Of a DNA stretch of 64,000 nucleotides, positions 61,095-64,000 are shown piece by piece. Each line of letters starts with the position of its first letter. Position 1 is the first letter of the stretch. The notes beneath the pieces are model-generated. The model searched no databases, was not told the DNA's origin, and worked only from the letters and a program-made list of their open reading frames with translations. The translations under genes were made by a program, and so were the position numbers. The DNA is taken from contig OY761159.2 in the NCBI GenBank assembly GCA_963664395.2, positions 1,984,001 to 2,048,000 of the forward strand, in the 5' to 3' direction. Origin of the DNA: Candidatus Binatia bacterium (GTDB taxonomy: Bacteria > Desulfobacterota > Binatia > Bin18).

Positions 61095-62089
61095 CCCACG
61101 ACATCCGCCTTTTCCTGCCGAATGACAGGCACCGCTTCCCGCGAGACCGTCGGCGATTGGGACGCCCGACTACTATTCACGATATAAATACCGACACACA
61201 CGCTGGCCACGCCAAGGAGCTGGACCACCCCCATGTGTTCATTCAGCAACAGCCAGCCAAGGAGCACGGCGAACACCGGGGTGAGAAACGTCAGCGAGGC
61301 GACGCGCGTGGGAGAATGACGCTGAATCAGCCAGGCGTAGGCCACAAACCCGAAGGCCGCGGAAAGCACGCTCAGATAGACAATGGATACAATCACTCGG
61401 GTCGAGAGAAGAAACGGCTGATCCGCTTCAAACATCCAGGAGCATACGGTCAGGATGGGCCAGGTGATCCAGGTCTGCCAACACACCAGCGCAATGGGAT
61501 GAATCCGGCCCGCGACGCGCTTGGTGATAATACCGGATACGCCAATAGTCACGGCCGAACTCAGGACAATGGCGTCGCCCACAATCGCATCGGTCAGGCC
61601 GCCACCAAATTTATCCGAGAACAATTGCGCCGAGAAGAGGACGACGATGCCGCTGAAGGCGACCCCCAGGCCGCAGACCTTTCGAGCCGTCAGGCGGTCT
61701 CCAGGCAGAAAAAAGGGTGCCAGCAGGGCGATAAAAATAGGTTGGGCGCTAAAGAATACGGCCGAGCGACCGGAGGTCGTGAGCGCTGTTCCCAGATAGA
61801 CCGCCATATTGCCGTAGCAGAACAACAGTCCAAGCAGACCCAATATCTTGAGTTCATTCCAGCCAAAGCGAAGTTGCACATTCAGATACCAGGCCAAGAC
61901 CAAGAGCACGACGGCCGTCACCCCGAACCGCAGGGCCGCGGCACCAAGAGGCGGCATATCAAAGGTACCGACCTTGATCGCCACAAACGCCCCACCCCAA
62001 ATCGCGCTCAGCAGCACAGTCAGCCCGAGTGCAGACAGCCCGAGCGGTCGGTCGTCCGTGTGCGGACTCGGTCCGGCGGACGCGCTCAC
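61091..62089 (-). CDS. DMT/EamA family transporter
   Basis: IWGGAFVAIK, LRF and LTPVFAVLLGWLLLNE; about 10 TM helices. Confidence 0.92.
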   Translation of the reverse strand: MSASAGPSPHTDDRPLGLSALGLTVLLSAIWGGAFVAIKVGTFDMPPLGAAALRFGVTAVVLLVLAWYLNVQLRFGWNELKILGLLGLLFCYGNMAVYLGTALTTSGRSAVFFSAQPIFIALLAPFFLPGDRLTARKVCGLGVAFSGIVVLFSAQLFSDKFGGGLTDAIVGDAIVLSSAVTIGVSGIITKRVAGRIHPIALVCWQTWITWPILTVCSWMFEADQPFLLSTRVIVSIVYLSVLSAAFGFVAYAWLIQRHSPTRVASLTFLTPVFAVLLGWLLLNEHMGVVQLLGVASVCVGIYIVNSSRASQSPTVSREAVPVIRQEKADVVG

Positions 62090-62526
62090 GACTGCTCTGC
62101 TCGTTGCACAAAATGGATCAGCACGCCGCCGGTGCTCTTGGGATGAATAAAGGCGACTTTGGAACCGCGTGCCCCCGGGCGACCCTTCTCGTCAAGCACA
62201 CGCAAGCCTTTGGCTTTGACCTCCTGAATGGCGGCGTCAATATCGTCCACCCGCACGGCAATATGATGGATGCCTTCGCCCCGTTTTTCTATCCAGCGCG
62301 AGATGTCGCGTTGATCCGTCACCTTGTCGCCCAGGTCCGGCATCCGGTCCTGCAAAAACTCGAAGTCGGCCTCACCAATCCTGGCAAAGGCAATCCGCAA
62401 GCCTTCATACGGATCGGCCTCCTCAAAGTCGTGGATTTCCAGTCCCAGGATGTCTCCAAAGACGCTGAGATAGGTATCCAGGTCTTTGACTGCCACGCCA
62501 ATGTGATCGATTTGACGGATATTCAT
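62086..62526 (-). CDS. mce: Methylmalonyl-CoA epimerase (VOC family)
   Basis: IDHIGVAV, GEGIHHIAVRVDDI and FIHPKSTGGVL. Confidence 0.85.
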   Translation of the reverse strand: MNIRQIDHIGVAVKDLDTYLSVFGDILGLEIHDFEEADPYEGLRIAFARIGEADFEFLQDRMPDLGDKVTDQRDISRWIEKRGEGIHHIAVRVDDIDAAIQEVKAKGLRVLDEKGRPGARGSKVAFIHPKSTGGVLIHFVQRAEQS

Positions 62527-62534
62527 GCGATCTC

Positions 62535-63995
62535 CTAAACGTCATCAAGTGGAAAGACCGGTCGCCGAATTTTTTCATACGGCAAACGTGAGTGAATCTG
62601 GGTTGCCAGCCCCGGCGTGTCCACGTCAATGAAGGTGCTGGCGATGCCGGCAAAGCCGGCGCGGTGTTGCAGTTCGGACTTCACTGCCAGGATTTTTCGT
62701 TGGGTCGGCTCAATGCCGAGGCTCCGAAAATGGTTGGCTTCAAAGCCGTGAGTAGGACGCGAGGTCAAAATAACCTCAACACCGCCGCAATCCACCAGCG
62801 CGGTTGCTCCACGTCGATACGTTCCCGCATTAAACGCCGTCGCCGCGGTGTACACCCCATCCTGAATGACCCGTACCCGGCCGCTGATCTCAACCGGCGC
62901 TCCATGAAATGCGTCCACTTTACCGCCCACACTGAGGGTGACATTGTTGCCAATCCCGGCCTGGACGGCTTCCTGCACGGCCGCCGGATCAGTAATATTA
63001 CCGACCGCCGCCGCCTGGGCATTCTGCTTGAGCAGTTCTGCAAGCAGGACGGTCCCATCACCGGGAGTGCCCGCGCCGCCACTATCGGCCAGGTCTCCAA
63101 GCACGACCAGGCCGGCATCTGTTTCAATGGCCTCTCGCACGCCGTCCTCCACCGAAACCATGTCGGTATGAAACGCCTGACGTTTGGCCCAGCAGGCGTC
63201 TTTGATGCGCTCGGCAATGTCGTGGGCCAGCGCCGGTTCGTTATTGGTTGTCACCGTCACACTGATTCCGGTCTCGGGAATATCAGAACAAAAGAACCCA
63301 CCCAGCAAAGACACGTCAAGAACGCGCGGATCACGTCCCAGGGTAGACGCCTGCCGCATCAGCGCCTCCATGGGCCAGCCTGGGGCGATATAGATTTTTT
63401 GCAGCGCCGGGGCCATGGCCGGTTGGGCCCAGGCAGATGTCGGCGTGACACTCCCGTCGAACATGCCGGCCATGACCCGCGCCGCCTGTTCGCCCCCAGG
63501 GAAAAAATCATAGTGCGGGTTGGTTTTCACACCAATCAGCATACTGGCGTGCTCGACCATCAATGGAGTCGTATTTGAATGGCCATCCAAAGTCGCCAGG
63601 ATGGGCACCTTGTCACCCAGAAATTCGCGGAGCGTTCTGAGCACATCGCCCTCGCAGTCATCGCACTCGTCTGACACGGCCGTGCCGTGCAGTTGGAGAA
63701 ACACGCCGTCCAGCGGCGGATTCTTGCGCAAAAGATCGAGGAAGCCGGCCTTGGCCGCTTCATGCGCTTCCGTTGTCACCTTCCCCCCAACGCCGGGCAC
63801 CACAAATTGAAGCGGAACAACGTCCCAATGGTACTGCTGTGCTCCATGCAGAAATCCGGCAATCGAGCCCTGAGCGCCCCCCACCCGCAGCACCCGCTCT
63901 CCGGTCAGCGTCGCCCGCTGAAACAGGTCCAGCCCCATTTTCTGGGTCGCAAAGGTATTCACGGCGACCAGATATCCACCAACGGCTACCCGCAT
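62535..63995 (-). CDS. M81 family metallopeptidase (MlrC-like)
   Basis: LHGT, DxEG, LDGHSN, NPHYD and DSGGAGTPGDGT motifs. Confidence 0.88.
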   Translation of the reverse strand: MRVAVGGYLVAVNTFATQKMGLDLFQRATLTGERVLRVGGAQGSIAGFLHGAQQYHWDVVPLQFVVPGVGGKVTTEAHEAAKAGFLDLLRKNPPLDGVFLQLHGTAVSDECDDCEGDVLRTLREFLGDKVPILATLDGHSNTTPLMVEHASMLIGVKTNPHYDFFPGGEQAARVMAGMFDGSVTPTSAWAQPAMAPALQKIYIAPGWPMEALMRQASTLGRDPRVLDVSLLGGFFCSDIPETGISVTVTTNNEPALAHDIAERIKDACWAKRQAFHTDMVSVEDGVREAIETDAGLVVLGDLADSGGAGTPGDGTVLLAELLKQNAQAAAVGNITDPAAVQEAVQAGIGNNVTLSVGGKVDAFHGAPVEISGRVRVIQDGVYTAATAFNAGTYRRGATALVDCGGVEVILTSRPTHGFEANHFRSLGIEPTQRKILAVKSELQHRAGFAGIASTFIDVDTPGLATQIHSRLPYEKIRRPVFPLDDV

Positions 63996-64000
63996 ATAGT

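Noticed and set aside
61028-63578. + strand ORFs 61028-62146 and 62592-63578
   Set aside because: They are antisense shadows of the DMT and MlrC genes.

Overview
Bacterial chromosome segment, probably from a Deltaproteobacteria-like (Binatia-type, possibly sponge-associated) genome; the taxonomy is an inference from gene content. The backbone is housekeeping: CoA-transferase A/B, pepA, korAB, sppA, iscS-iscU-iscA-hscB-hscA-iscX, uvrA, folD-gcvTHPAPB, ald, MFS/DMT transporters, mce and mlrC. Two accessory regions stand out. (1) At 2050-10968 (- strand), a consensus sigma70 leaderless promoter drives higB and higA-ImmA, followed by seven translationally coupled genes: stand-alone adenylation enzyme, carrier protein, GT-A-fold protein, alpha/beta hydrolase, hexapeptide acyltransferase, a three-domain protein (degenerate NDT/TIR-like, putative sensor, CHAT caspase-like protease) and an unknown His-rich protein. 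This is the best candidate for an undescribed system: a small-molecule synthesis module wired to a caspase-like protease, plausibly for defence or signalling. (2) At about 24.9-43.4 kb there is a surface-protein island with a LuxR-type regulator, three mosaic GH16-like paralogues, and two giant frameshifted adhesin genes. The adhesins share a duplicated C-terminal domain, and the island also carries orphan tail remnants, three MITE/REP composites and a repeated near-palindromic promoter motif. No rRNA, tRNA, CRISPR array, integrase or transposase was recognised. All product calls come from motif recognition by eye, not database searches.
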